The notes under the pieces were generated by a model. That model did no database searches and was not told where the DNA came from. It saw only the letters and a list, made by a program, of their open reading frames with translations. Both the position numbers and the translations under genes were made by a program. From IMG/VR virus record IMGVR_UViG_3300028833_000053: a DNA stretch of 64,000 bases, one strand, 5' to 3'. The stretch is from a virus. Taxonomy: Duplodnaviria > Caudoviricetes. Positions 10,695 through 23,203 of the stretch are shown here, in pieces (positions within the stretch are counted from its first letter, which is position 1; every line of letters begins with the position of its first letter).

Positions 10695-10733
10695 TTTCTT
10701 TTGTCTCTTTCTCTTTTATTGTTCTTTGTTCTT

Positions 10734-11165
10734 TCACTTCTGTGAAATCTTCTTTTCGTTCTTGTCAAGATTCTTATGCCAGTCAACGATTTCGTAGTTT
10801 TTCACAAGATGACCATGCTCCACAACGTCAACGTAGAAGTTGTTTAGCAGGTCAGCCTTGATAATCACCCAGTCCTTGGGCTTTATCACAAGCTTCTGCG
10901 GAGGGTACACTTCCTTGTTCAGCTTCCCGGGAAGGGTGAACACTGAATCCTTCGTGCAGTAATTCTCCAGAATCTTGTCGGATAACTTTCCGTTTTCTTT
11001 CCAGTAATTCACCACGCACTTTGGAAAGTCAAGGTTCTCAATGCCAATCATCCCAATGATGTCAAGAATGTCGTTGTAGGAACCCGTGAACTGGATTGCG
11101 GGATATGGTTCCGTGAAACCAATCTTCTCCGCGTCCCTGTGCTGTATAGCCTTTACCTTGCTCAT
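10734..11165 (-). CDS. Hypothetical protein
   Basis: AGGAG RBS, downstream of uvsX. Confidence 0.6.
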   Translation of the reverse strand: MSKVKAIQHRDAEKIGFTEPYPAIQFTGSYNDILDIIGMIGIENLDFPKCVVNYWKENGKLSDKILENYCTKDSVFTLPGKLNKEVYPPQKLVIKPKDWVIIKADLLNNFYVDVVEHGHLVKNYEIVDWHKNLDKNEKKISQK

Positions 11166-11184
11166 TTCAAGTGTCTCCTTTCAA

Positions 11185-12390
11185 TCAAGCCTCTGGAATG
11201 TCGGAGTTGTCCTCGACGATAAGCTGCTTCTTGCCGTTCTTCTTCTTGTCCTTGATTTCCTCAATCTCGGACTCAATCTCGGCAAGAGCGTCCTCGGACT
11301 TGGAACGGTAAGCCATGCGCTTCTCGGACTCCTCGTTGAACTTGTCAATGAACGTGTCCCAGATTTCATCCTTGGAAACCAGTTCCTTGTAGGTAACTCT
11401 GGTGTCCTTGTAAGAAGGAACAACATAGCCACCACGGACTTCGTTGATGAAGCCATAAGCCACGGCGTCCTTGATGATGCCATCGTACTTGGAGATGCCA
11501 GTGTCGAAGTCAATGAACACGTCAGCCTCAAACGCGGGCTTGATGACGCGGTTCTTCGTGCAGAAGAACCTCATGCGGTTGCCCTTGAAGAAACCAACGT
11601 GCTTCTCGTTGTCGGCCAAATCCTTGCCCGTGGAGAACTCGGTGTCGCCCTCCTTCACCATCAACTTGGAAGCCTGAAGAATGACGTGGGAAGCATACTC
11701 GATTCCCTGACCACCAGCCATGTTGTGAACCTTGGAAACATACATCTGCCCGGGGTTCTGATATTCGTGGTTGATGACAATGAGAGAGCAATTTGAAACC
11801 ACAACGCGCATCATCAACGTGCGGATGAGGGAGTTGCGTGTTTTCGCTGCCATGCCCTGGTCTGCAACCATCTTGTCCTTGTCAACGGCGTCGGACACAA
11901 CCTTGGACGACGCAAGTCCGCCGAAGGAATCAAGCACCACGATGTACTTCGGCTCATCGTTGTTGTCGGGATCCTTCTCCCACTCAGAATGCGCCTGGAC
12001 AAGCTGCTCGTAGATATTCACCAACTTCACGCAAGCATCCTCGGCGTCAAGCACGGGAACGTACTCAACCTTTTCCAGGTCTGCGCCAAAGTTCTTGAGC
12101 AGCTGAGTGCCACCACCTTCGGAATCCACCCAGAAGCAACCGTCAATCTGCCCGGTTTTCAGAGCATTGGCAACAACCTGAGCTGCGATAAGGGACTTGC
12201 CCGACTGGGACGGTCCGTAGATTGTGGTGATTCTTCCACGCGGTACGCCGTTGTGGACGTTTCCCGTGATAACCCTGTTCAACGCAAACGAACCAGTGTC
12301 ATAAAAGTCCGTTACAATTGCATCGGACTCCGCCGCAGTCTTGGTATCGTTCTTCTTTCTCAATCCCTTGAGAAGGTCTTTTGTTTTCAT
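11185..12390 (-). CDS. uvsX: UvsX/RecA-family recombinase
   Basis: 'DTGSFALNRVITG...GRIT.IYGPSQSGKS' Walker A, 'VVLDS' Walker B, 'INHEY', 'GGQG'. Confidence 0.92.
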   Translation of the reverse strand: MKTKDLLKGLRKKNDTKTAAESDAIVTDFYDTGSFALNRVITGNVHNGVPRGRITTIYGPSQSGKSLIAAQVVANALKTGQIDGCFWVDSEGGGTQLLKNFGADLEKVEYVPVLDAEDACVKLVNIYEQLVQAHSEWEKDPDNNDEPKYIVVLDSFGGLASSKVVSDAVDKDKMVADQGMAAKTRNSLIRTLMMRVVVSNCSLIVINHEYQNPGQMYVSKVHNMAGGQGIEYASHVILQASKLMVKEGDTEFSTGKDLADNEKHVGFFKGNRMRFFCTKNRVIKPAFEADVFIDFDTGISKYDGIIKDAVAYGFINEVRGGYVVPSYKDTRVTYKELVSKDEIWDTFIDKFNEESEKRMAYRSKSEDALAEIESEIEEIKDKKKNGKKQLIVEDNSDIPEA

Positions 12391-12501
12391 CTAGTCAAAC
12401 TTTCATCATTGAAAGTTCTGAAGGTATCGCAACCTCCGTATTGGTTGTTCACGCCCTTTGCGCGAACCAACGTATTCAATTATACAGAAAACTCAGGAAA
12501 A

Positions 12502-15500
12502 TTAAAACCTGCTTTCAAACTGCTCTTTCGCCGTAGCCTAATCACCAGGTGGAACGGGTGTTGCTGTCTCGCCAGCTCCTTCTTCAGTGCTCTGCAAGAC
12601 GGCCACTGGCTGACCACCTTCACGCTGCATCTTGAGCTTGTTGGATTCAGTTTCCAGACCCTTGCGCATGACTTCAAGACCATCACGCACGGAGTACACG
12701 GTCTTCGCCCCAGTGAGAAGGGCGTTTGCAACTTCCATTGCCTTGTCAAGAGGAATCATAACAGGGCCGTCCTCTGAAACCTCAATGCCGAACTTGCCCA
12801 TTTCCTCTATTGACAAAGGATACCTAGTTGACCAATCTATCTGACGCTCCTTCTTCTTGCCCTCAAATGGTATTCTCTTTATGCCATCCTCGGGAAGTCC
12901 GTGCATCTTGCGGTAGTACCTCTTCCACTGTTCCCAAGTGTAGTTCTTCAACCCCATTGCGTCCAACTTGTCCGTGTCAACACCGTCGTTTATAGCCTTG
13001 CTTCTCTTCTCCATGTGCAACGCATAAGCCTTTTCCATGGCAACAACATCTTCACCAATCTTGACCTCTATAAACCCGCCTTCAACCTTCGCACTGTAGT
13101 CAAGAATGGCTTGTTCCCTTCTCTTGCGCTCTGCCTCGGCCTTCTTCTTTCGCTCTTCAGCCTCCTTCGCCTTGCGCAAACGCTCCCGGGCCGCCCTGTC
13201 ATGGCTGTCTATTTCAAGCAACAGCTCATCGTCGCTCAACTTCGACGCCCCCTGAACACGCTTCCATTCCGGCGAGAACATATACATCGTCTATTCCAAT
13301 CCATCCGTCTCAACCTGAAGAATAGACGGATTCTTTCCAAGGTTGAAACCATCAGCATTCGCAACCTATCCCTGGTTGTGGTATGCCGATATGTTCTTCG
13401 CAAGACGCAATGCGGACAAACGGCTCTTCTTGTTCTCTTCCATTTGCTCAAGCATCTTCGCATCTGGTGGATTTTTCTTATGGTACTCCTGCTTGAATTG
13501 ATCAAACGTCATGGCACGATAACCCATCTTGTTCAATGCGTCAGTGTCAAGTCCCCTGTTTATCATTTCAGACCTCTTCGCCTGATGCGCCCACCACTTG
13601 TCATAAAGAGACTCGCCGCCAGCGTCCTTCAAGGTGTCTGGGTTTGGCATTGGGGCAGGAACCATCTTCTCCGGCAACAGCACGTTTCCAATCTGGTTTC
13701 TTGTGGGCTTCGGCGGAATCTTCAATTCAAACTCGCTCTTCGCAATCTTGCCCTTCTGATCCAACGCCAACTTGCCGGCATTCTTCACGTTCGTTGTCAA
13801 AGGCTGAACCTTGAGCAACTTGTTAGTTCCAAACTCATCACCTGTCACGCTCTTGATGTAGCGGCTCTTGGCATCGTTTTTCTGAATTTGGTTGAACGAA
13901 CTTCTGACGGATATGTTGTCGAACAAATCGCCCTTGTTGAACTTCTGCAAATGGGTTCTCAATTCACCAAGTTCACTCTTGCTTTCATCCTTTTCCTCCT
14001 GGTTGAACTTTTCAATGCGCTCCGCGAAGTCGGCTATGATGTCACCCTGGTTGTTGATGACGTGAGAACGCTCCTTATTCAACTGGTCAAACGCCTCAAT
14101 GAGGGTCTTGAACGCTTCCAGGTCATCCCTTTCCGGGTCGTTCATCAAATTTCTGATGTTGTCCAAGAACTGACCTATGTACGCCGCTGGACGCAACATC
14201 TGGGTTTTTCCAGTCTGGGGATTGTAATAGAAAAACGCAGACAACAATTTCTGTGAAAGGTCAGGAGATTCCAACAATTGACGCATTGTTTCGGCGGCCA
14301 CCGCCTCATCGCCCTTGCCCATTTCCCAGGTCTTTGAAATGAATTCATTGTAGGATTCAACTTGGGTGGAGTTCTCCTAGTACAGCTTGTTCATGTTCTG
14401 GATTCTCGTCAAAAGACTTCCAGCATGACCATATCCTTCCTGGGATGCCAACCTTTCCAAAAACTTCAAGTTGCTTTCAGGACGGCCCTTCATCTTCAGG
14501 CTTCTCACTGCTATCCTTGCCCGTGTCGCCTTTTCGGCGTTTTTCTGGGTTGGATCTTCCTGCATGTACTCGTGTTGTTCTCCAACCTCGGGTTCACCTT
14601 CGTCATCCGAGAAAATACCATCGAGGTTAGACCACCAACGTTTCCAGGGGGCCGTGAACGCGGACAAAACCGCTCCAAGGTTGGCGGGGCCCGCACCAAA
14701 GAATTTCTTCACAACCCATCCAACGCCTGGTATCTTGTCTATCAACCAACGGAACAACGCCCAACCGCCCCTTACGAGAGACTCTGCAAGGGTAATGTGT
14801 ATAGTTGCAATCATCTTTCCAACTGCAAGCAATCCCTTCACCAATCCAATGGCGAACTTCACCACGCCCTTCTTCTTGAGCCAATTCCAAAACGACATAA
14901 TCATTCCTGCAATAAGATGCATGACATACCCTATGTTGTCACCGGCAATCCACATACACATCGCGTCTATACTGTCCTTTCCTGCAACCTCGAACATCTT
15001 GTTTATCCAGCTCTTGATGGCAATGAACGCCTTTATCACCCACATGACGAACTTCACTATCCACCCATCTGGATTGGTTATGTAGTCTATGACCTTGAAG
15101 AGGAACTTGCCAACGGTTGTGATGATAGACCACAATCCTGTCAAGAATCCCCAAACCTTCGACACTATGGACTTGAACATCGGCCACAAGGTGTCCTTTA
15201 TGCCCTGAATTCCACCACCCAACCATTCAAGCAGCTTTGGAATCACGAAATAGAACAGCAGACCTATGAGAATGGCAATGGTTATTGGGTTGAACAATAT
15301 CTTCTTGAATATGCTCCATGTGGAGCGCAAGACCTTCTTCACGCCCTCCTTGATGTTCGACATCGCGCCACGCACCCTGTCAAATATCGCGGGGACAACC
15401 CACTGCAAGAACTTTATCGGGGACATGACAACGCTGGTGACAAACCCAAACACTGTCACCATCATAGCAGCCAAAGGCTTCACTATGAACCTGCAAGCCT

Positions 15501-18246
15501 TGTCCTTTATGCCGCCGCCAAGTTTCACCATCCAATTTCCAACCTTGTTCGTGAACTTGCCCATCAACTTGAAAAGACGCTTGAAGAATGAAGCCGCCTT
15601 GAATATGAGCTTCTTGATTCCCTTCCAAATGCTTTTCGCGACGAACTTGATGGCGCGGAACCCCAACTTCGCCATTATAGCATGTGGCGTGAACGAAAGA
15701 ACTGACGCAAGTTTGAATTTCTTCTTCTTTTTCAGGGCTTTCGGTTTCTTCACCTTCCCCTTCTTCTTGCCGCCAATTCCAAATATGGCAGACAAGCCAC
15801 CCTTCAACATGTTTCCAATCAATCCGGATGCTTTCCAAAACGCCTTGGCCGTGAATTTCGCGGCCTTTACTGTGAACTTGGCGGTCTTGTACACGGCCTT
15901 TCCAACTTTCCATGCGGCGACAGCGGCGAAAGCAGCAACCTTGCCAACGGCCTTTGCAACTTTCTTGATTCCGCGCCATGCGGTGCCGATGAAGGATTCC
16001 GAAATCCTCTTCTTCAGATTCTGCTTCATCGTGGCAATCTTCATCTTGAACTTGTCCTTCCAAGTCAGACGCTGCTTCTTCTCCATCTCCTTTCTGAGTT
16101 TCCTTCTTGCTATGATGCCAGCTATGCCACCAACTGCCTTTGCGAACAAACCCGGCTTCTTGGGCGGAGGGGGAATTGGAGGATACACCGGTCCCATTGG
16201 CAATCTGCCTTTTGGTTTAGGTGGTGGCAACTTCTTTGCCACAATTGGCTTTTGCGGTCTTGAAGGGAGCAAGGGCTTTCCCATTTTGACAATAGGTTGA
16301 ATCGTCTTGACAACCGGCTTCACGAACGTGCGCACAACGTTTGTCTTGACGTTCTTCAGAAATGGCTTTATGATTGGGGTTTTCGTCGGAAGCACGGTTG
16401 GCTTCACGATAGGTTGCTCAATCTTCTTCTCAACGGGAGTGACAGTCGGCTTGATGAACTTATGTCTTATCGGCTGTATGACCTTCTGCTTGAACGTCTC
16501 AACCTTCTTCTGTAAAAACGTCTTGACAGTGGGTTTTATGACGGTTCCCTTGGTGTGCTTTATCCGTGTCTTGTTGACTTTGCGAACCACGGGCTTGATC
16601 GTCTTACCGACTTTCTTCCGCATAAAAACCTTGTTGACGGTCTTGACAACTGGCTTGACTATAGTCCGCTTCAAGGTGTTGCCAACTCTCTGAATGGACT
16701 TCTTTATGCGTTGAATCTTCGTGGGCTTGACAATCGGCCTTATCACCGGCTTCTTCGTCTGCTTCAATTGCCTTTTTACCACGGACTTGAGCGTGGTCTT
16801 ATGGACTGGCTTTATCTTCGTCTTTATGGTTTTCTTGTTCTTGGTCTTTACCCTTTGACGAATGAGCCTCCTGATAATGGTCTTGATTATCGTGCGTATT
16901 CTTCCAACGAACTTCGGCAAACGTCCTTTTTTCTTTCCCTTCTGAACCTTCCCCTTCAATGCGTCCTTGGCATTGCGTCCAATGTCCCTTCCTGGGCTAA
17001 ACTTGGATTTCTTCTTTTTCTTCCCAAAGCCAAACAAGCCAGAAAATGGCTTCTTCCCCTTCAATGGCTTCTTTGGAAGTTTGGACTTCACGGCGTCAGC
17101 CATCTTCCTGAAAATGGACTTACCCTTCGCATTTGGCTTCTTCCCCTTCAACCCAATCTTTCCAACAACCGTGGAGGGCTTCTTCACCAAGGACTTTGGC
17201 TTTTCCTTCGCTGCGGCTGACTTGGCATCCTTGCCCTCAACTTTCTTCTTGGGGTTCTCGATGGAGCCTATCAACTTCTCGGTGACCGTGCCCGTTTTCT
17301 TGACAATGGACTTTTTCTGTTCTTCCTCCGTGCTTTCACCCTTGACAACCTTCTTCACCACCTTCGGCACCGATGGCGTTGCTATCTTCGTTGCGGGCTT
17401 CTTCGCGGGCTTTTCCTCTTTGGACGGCTTTGGAAGCTTCTTCGCTTCCGCGGCCTTTCCAATCTCCTTCAATGTCTTTTGAATCTTGTCACCGAGCTTC
17501 TCCCCCTTGATTGAGGACTTTTGCCTTTCGGCTATGGCATCCTCCATCGTCTGTTGAATCTCATCAACCTTCTCTTCAAGTTCCTCACGGGTCTCCTCTT
17601 GGACTTGAATATGCTCGTCAATGGTTTCCTGGTTGCCTTGAATTTTGGCAATCAAGTCCGTTATCTGCTCATCGCGCTTTTGAAGAAGCGCGGCGTCATC
17701 TGTTTCAATCCTCTTGTCGGCTGCGTCGGAAAGGGTCTTGATTTGCCCATCAACGTCGGAGAACAGCTTGAATATGTTGAGACGGTTAGCCTTGATGAGT
17801 TCTATGGCGGCTTCAACCTTGGCTTGAAGTTCAGTATATGCGCTATCGTCAAGTTCATACACAACCTCTTCCTTGGGTTCAGCCTGTTGCTCTTGCGTCT
17901 CCGTATTTGTTTCAGCTTCTTGAATCTTTACAACAGCACCGTTCTTGAGGAGTTCCTCCACGAGCCAATTTATGAATTCCTCTTCCTGAAACTTCTCGCC
18001 AAGCAACTGATAGAGGTTGTCATAGAGGACGTTTGTGAGGGTTTCTGAATTGAAGCGCAAATTCTCCCCAAACTGCTCCCCTGCATAGCTGACATTGTTC
18101 TCGACAAGCTGATAAATCAGCTTGTCGTTTTCCATCATCCCAGAAGCGGCACCACCCTATTGCTGCCCAGCGTTGCCCGCGGTCTACTCTGCAGGCAACG
18201 CTCCGGTTCTTGGATTTTTCTCAGTTATGCGATTTTTTACGGACAT
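12502..18246 (-). CDS. Tape-measure/baseplate-hub-like protein (~1914 aa, six in-frame TAG=Gln)
   Basis: Joins ORFs 14377-18138, 13366-14322 and 12538-13287 in one frame via TAGs at 18184, 18157, 14377, 13366, 13291 and 12538; coiled coil, basic repeats, amphipathic/TM region; GTAAATA upstream. Confidence 0.7.
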
Positions 18247-18270
18247 TTCAATTCATTTTAGCGTTACGTG

Positions 18271-18317
18271 TATTTACCATTTTTCTGGGCTTCTTTTCAA
18301 GCCCTCTTTTGTAAATA
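18271..18317. promoter_or_regulatory. Divergent pair of GTAAATA late promoters
   Basis: TATTTAC at 18271 and GTAAATA at 18311, facing the two flanking genes. Confidence 0.6.
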
Positions 18318-18352
18318 CCATAGGAACAATTTAACTACAAAGGTAAAGAGAC

Positions 18353-19294
18353 ATGATAACAGGTTTCATGGGCATAGCGTATTCCACGGACGAAATCAAG
18401 AATGGAAGGTTTGTGGACAAGAATCTGGAAAGCGATTTTATTCAAAAGAGGTACTCCCTTTTGAGAAGTCCCGACCGCAGCGCGTTCAACGAAAGCGCGT
18501 GGAGAAAAGGCACTGTTGAGGCAAGAAAGGAGTTCCTTTCCATGCTTGAAGCGACTGAGAGAATGAACACCGCCGACTTTGAGCGAGAAGAGGACGTGCC
18601 AAACGAGGAAGTGCTTCCAACGGACACCTTCACGTATGTTGGTGAAGATCATCCTCCAAAGGAAGTTCAAACCATCATAATCTCAGGTGACGTGAAGGAA
18701 ATAGAGACCGGTGCGTTCAAGGACTTGCCAAACCTGAAGTCCGTGGTTTTCTCCGACGAGACTTCAGACCTTCGCATTGAGAAGAACGCCTTTGAGAACT
18801 GCCCAATGCTCACGACAATCAGATTGAATGGAGTAACATTCATAGGCGACGAGGCTTTCTTGAACTGCGTTGGACTTGTGGCGGTTGAACTTGGGTCGGA
18901 CGTCCAGCACATTGGCATGGGCGCGTTCAAGAACTGCACGTCGTTGTCAACCGTGACGATTCCACCGAACGTGACCTTCATCGGAGACTACGCCTTTGCC
19001 AACTGCACCACGTTGAAAACTGTGACCGTGATGGATGGCGTTGTGGAAATCCCTGCATACTGCTTCCAGAACGACCCCGCCATTGAACAAGTTGAACTTC
19101 CAACTTCCATCGAGAAGGTTGGCAACAACGCCTTTGAGAACTGCGCTTCCGCGGTTGTGCTTATTCCAACGGACGATATGAAGGAAGCCGAAGAGGTGCT
19201 TGGCGTGAAGATGGTTGCGAAGGCCGAAGAGGATGACAAACTGTTCAAGTGCGACCAGGGATATATCGTGCAGCTCTACAAGGATCTATACTGA
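18353..19294 (+). CDS. BspA-type LRR protein
   Basis: Repeats such as 'IGDEAFLNC', 'IGDYAFANCTTL'. Confidence 0.85.
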   Translation: MITGFMGIAYSTDEIKNGRFVDKNLESDFIQKRYSLLRSPDRSAFNESAWRKGTVEARKEFLSMLEATERMNTADFEREEDVPNEEVLPTDTFTYVGEDHPPKEVQTIIISGDVKEIETGAFKDLPNLKSVVFSDETSDLRIEKNAFENCPMLTTIRLNGVTFIGDEAFLNCVGLVAVELGSDVQHIGMGAFKNCTSLSTVTIPPNVTFIGDYAFANCTTLKTVTVMDGVVEIPAYCFQNDPAIEQVELPTSIEKVGNNAFENCASAVVLIPTDDMKEAEEVLGVKMVAKAEEDDKLFKCDQGYIVQLYKDLY

Positions 19295-19305
19295 GAGGAC
19301 CGACA

Positions 19306-20118
19306 ATGAAGTTTTCAATTTCTTTCAAGTACAGCAACGTGACCTTCAAGAACAAGGAAACGAAGGAAACCATTTCCTACGACACAAAGGCAAGCGAGGG
19401 AAACTCCTTCGTGTTCGACAACGTTGACGAGGACGTTGTTATTGGAATCGTCAAGGGCATCAAGGACAAGAAAGCCTCGCAGGTATTTTCCTACGACAAT
19501 TTCAGAACCAATTTCATCAACACCCTTGCTAGGAATAAGTGCAAGGAACTCTACGACAAACTGGACAAGAACGAATGGAAGGTTGAGGACATAGCAATAT
19601 CCAACATCACCATCAAGGACGTTGAGTTCACGAAGCCAACCATGAACGCAAGAGAGGCGATAACCGTGGAGAGCATTTCCAAGAAAAACTACCCGAAGGG
19701 GGGTTATCCAACATATGTGGTGAAAGAACGTCTGGTTGATCTAATTGAAGGATGTCCAAGGGAAAACCCAATGTGGGCAGACCTTGTTGAGATATTGGCA
19801 AAATACTATGGTGAAGCAGAACTTGAACAAGTGATGGAAAGCAGAAAGGCAGCAAATGAAAGCGCATATCCAGTTATATTCAAGAAGTCCCGCGATGGCG
19901 AAATCCTGGCTTTCTTCCCCCAAACAGTGAAGGACGGTTCTTGCAATCCCGGCAACATCATGTGCTACTCACACGTCGGACAACATGACGAGGCAAGCCT
20001 TGACTTCTTCCACGAATGCAAGCCTTGCACGGAAGAGGAATACGCAGACCTTCTCACCGAACTGGAGGGAATCTACAACGACGTTGACCTTGTTGTGACA
20101 AGGCGAATAAAGTACTGA
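19306..20118 (+). CDS. Modular hypothetical protein (candidate head cargo)
   Basis: GAGGA RBS; a C-terminal module 'YPVIFKK...FFP...CYSHVGQH..AS' follows an 'ANE|S' site. Confidence 0.6.
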   Translation: MKFSISFKYSNVTFKNKETKETISYDTKASEGNSFVFDNVDEDVVIGIVKGIKDKKASQVFSYDNFRTNFINTLARNKCKELYDKLDKNEWKVEDIAISNITIKDVEFTKPTMNAREAITVESISKKNYPKGGYPTYVVKERLVDLIEGCPRENPMWADLVEILAKYYGEAELEQVMESRKAANESAYPVIFKKSRDGEILAFFPQTVKDGSCNPGNIMCYSHVGQHDEASLDFFHECKPCTEEEYADLLTELEGIYNDVDLVVTRRIKY

Positions 20119-20143
20119 CACCCATTTGAAAAGAGGGCAATTT

Positions 20144-20170
20144 GATGGACGGGAAACCGTCCATCTTTTT
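20144..20170 (+). terminator. Intrinsic terminator
   Basis: GATGGACGG-GAAA-CCGTCCATC followed by TTTTT. Confidence 0.8.
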
Positions 20171-20230
20171 GTTTGATTCAATATGGCACATAAATGGTAA
20201 ATACCTTTGACAAATACAGGATTCAGAATC

Positions 20231-22519
20231 ATGGCTACATCAACGGACAAACTTGCACCACGCATCATCATAAACGAGCATGACAACGTTAACAAGAGGA
20301 AGAAGAAGAGAAACCATCCGATAACGCTCATCTTCGGGTTCTCCCCCATGGGACGTACCTGTGAAATGATCGAGTGCAACAGGACGTCCGACATAATGAC
20401 GGAATTCGGAACGCCATTGTCCGCGCCCGAAAAATACTTCATCGACGCAGGACTTCGCCTTGTGGAACAGGGTTCAACAGTGTTGATGACCAGACTTCCA
20501 TACGACAACGAGCAATCCCATACGGTGAAATACGTGGACTACAAGTTGGAAAGTCCAATTGCCATGAAGGACATTATCACCGTCCCCCAAGAATCTGAAA
20601 TGCGCAAGAAGGATGATGACGCTGTTACGATTCTCAAGGAAATGCACAACATAGACCAACGGTTGAACCAAGTTCAGAGAATTTCCCAAATCTCGGATTC
20701 ATCGGACGAGTACATCCACAGCATGACAAACGAACAGTTGGTGGAACTTGAACTTGACCCGCAAAGCAACCTTGAAGCAAACACTTTCAGGATCGTTGAC
20801 ATCAAGGGACATCAATATGGCGTAGGCGCGGGAAAGGTGGCATACAGTGGCATATTCCCAGTCATAACAACCGCTCCAATGGCTTTGTATTACCAAGGAT
20901 ACATCAAGAACACGAAGGGGCTGGACAAGGCTCTTGCCCTCATGGACTTGACGGACGGCATATAGATGTCAACAACCTGGTTCAAGAACGCCGACCCGGT
21001 TGAAGAAGAGACAAAACTGATTCAAAGCGAGATAGTTGCAACCATCAACCAGCAAATCAACTTCGACACGGCAACCAACAGATTCCACAGAAGCCAATCG
21101 GTTCAAGACCTTTGCGTAAAGAGGTTTCCGGTGATAAACATGCTTGAGCGAAACAAGCTGGAGCGAAACCATGTGAAGGACATTGGAGTGCTTGTGTGCA
21201 AGATTGAATGGGACGCTGATCAACAGATAAACACCATTGGCGTTGTAGAGTCATTCGTTGGAAAGTTGGGACGCGACAAGAACTGCATTGACAAGAAGAT
21301 AAACTCCGAATCCAAGTACATCAGGATGTACAAGAACATAAAGGTTCCTGGCGAGACGGACTTCTTCATGGTGAACAACCAAAAGCTGACCTCCCTTGGA
21401 ATGGACTCCGACGAATGCGTGAAGTACATAAACTACAAGACCTCCATCATAGACCCTGTTACGCACATGCTCGAAAGCGTGTACTCCGACATTGATTCAA
21501 TCCAAATAGACACCATATTGGACGCGGGATTGAGCGCAACAGGGTTCGCGGCCTACGTTGACAAGAACGCGGACGGCGAATCGTTCATCGACGACAACGA
21601 AGTGCGCACAAGGGTTGACTGGACAAAACACGAATATCCACCAGAGGAATACATAGAGCAATATGCAAAGGTATGGAACGAAATAACCAAGTTGTTTGGC
21701 GACTTCATCAGGCAAGTGAGGGGAGATTGCGTCTACATCGCGGACGGTCCAAGGATATTGAACTTGGAGAAGAACTACCCCATACGCAACTACACGGACA
21801 TGGAAAACGTGGAAATGTTCACGAAATTCCTTCCATACTTCAACGGCAACACGAACAACTACGTTGCAAGATACTGGAACTGGGTGTACATAGAGGACTT
21901 GCAATGGGAGAACCGAGGATTCTGGGTTCCGGGCTCCGTGGTGATGGGAAGCCAATTGGCTATAAACGACCATGACGGACAAGTTTGGTATGCTCCCGCT
22001 GGACAATCAAGGGGTTTGGTTCAAAACGCCTATGACGTGAGCGTTAAGACAAAACAGTACAATTCCGAAAACGACTTGCTCTACCAAAACAACTGGAACT
22101 TCTTCAACATCTACCAAAACGAGGGTGTTGTGGTTGACGGACAGAAGACGCTTCAAGTGAAGAAAACCTCACTTGACCGCCTCAACGTCAGGAGAATGGT
22201 GTGCTACGTCAAGCAACAGTTGAGAGAGATTGCGAACAGATACAAGTACGAACCGCATACCTTGACGATACGCAATTCATTCAGGAACGATGTCAAGGAC
22301 ATGCTTCGCAACATCCAGCGCACAAGCGGCATTAGCGATTTCGTTGTGATATGTGACGATTCAAACAACTCAACCGAAACACTGGACAGGCATGAACTTT
22401 ACATGAAGGTTGGAATAAAGCCAATCAAGGCGATTGAATACATCATAATCGACCTTGATTTGATAAACAGCAATGTTGGAATCGAGGAAAACCTTGTCGT
22501 GATGAAGAACAAGTCTTAA
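20231..22519 (+). CDS. Tail sheath protein paralog 1 (gp18-like, ~762 aa, one TAG=Gln)
   Basis: N-terminal 'APRIIINEHD' and C-terminal 'WYAPAG..RG', 'GQKT...LDRLNVRR', 'KPIKAIEYI'; the halves are joined by TAG at 20963; GTAAATA at 20197. Confidence 0.85.
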
Positions 22520-23187
22520 TCCTTCGTCCTGAAGTTCTCGGTGAACCAGTCAACGTCAAACTTCGTGCATTTCCTTGACGCGCAATAATCCGCAAGGTGT
22601 ACCATATACTGCATGGCATTGCCCGGCTTTGGCAACGTGACATTAGAATCACTATTGGTGTTCCAACGCCCCATGTGCGTTTCAATCATGGAGATTGCAA
22701 CCGCAATGTCCTGCTTGAAGGATTCCTCCGTGTCAGATGTTATCTCAAAAATCCTGGGCTTGCTCTTGCAAAACTTCTCCGCCTCGTCAAGGATGAACTT
22801 CGCCGCAAGCAGAGGATGCTCAAACGCAGTATGGGATAAGTCAACATTGTCTGGCAGTCCACGCTTGCAACAATCGTGGAACAGACTTGCAAACACCATT
22901 CCCGGATAAAATTCACCCATATTGGTTTCATTTGCCTCAACAAGCATCTTCAACCAACGGTATGTCATAAGAGAATGACGTGCCAATCCACCCTCTCCCA
23001 AGCCATACTCTGGATGATGCTTGCCTGATGAACTTGCGGGTTCAGTCCAAAAATAATCAGGAATAACCTCCATTAAGTCCTGGGCAAACTTGCAGAGACC
23101 TTGGTTCATCGGAGCCAACTCGTCGTAAATAACGCTCTTGAACAAATCCTTCTCGGACACTTTCATTCCATTAGTCAATTCAACCAT
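22516..23187 (-). CDS. HD-domain phosphohydrolase
   Basis: 'PASSSGKHHP', 'GGLARH', 'HDCCK', 'HMG', 'HLADY'. Confidence 0.85.
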   Translation of the reverse strand: MVELTNGMKVSEKDLFKSVIYDELAPMNQGLCKFAQDLMEVIPDYFWTEPASSSGKHHPEYGLGEGGLARHSLMTYRWLKMLVEANETNMGEFYPGMVFASLFHDCCKRGLPDNVDLSHTAFEHPLLAAKFILDEAEKFCKSKPRIFEITSDTEESFKQDIAVAISMIETHMGRWNTNSDSNVTLPKPGNAMQYMVHLADYCASRKCTKFDVDWFTENFRTKD

Positions 23188-23203
23188 TTCATATTTCCTT
23201 TCA

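Noticed and set aside
12901-17482. Long plus-strand ORFs (e.g. 12901-14256, 14362-15591, 15266-16300) and similar antisense ORFs elsewhere (24539-25702, 29158-30291, 42253-43497, 54995-55969)
   Set aside because: Shadow ORFs opposite well-supported genes, caused by codon bias; no motifs or RBS.
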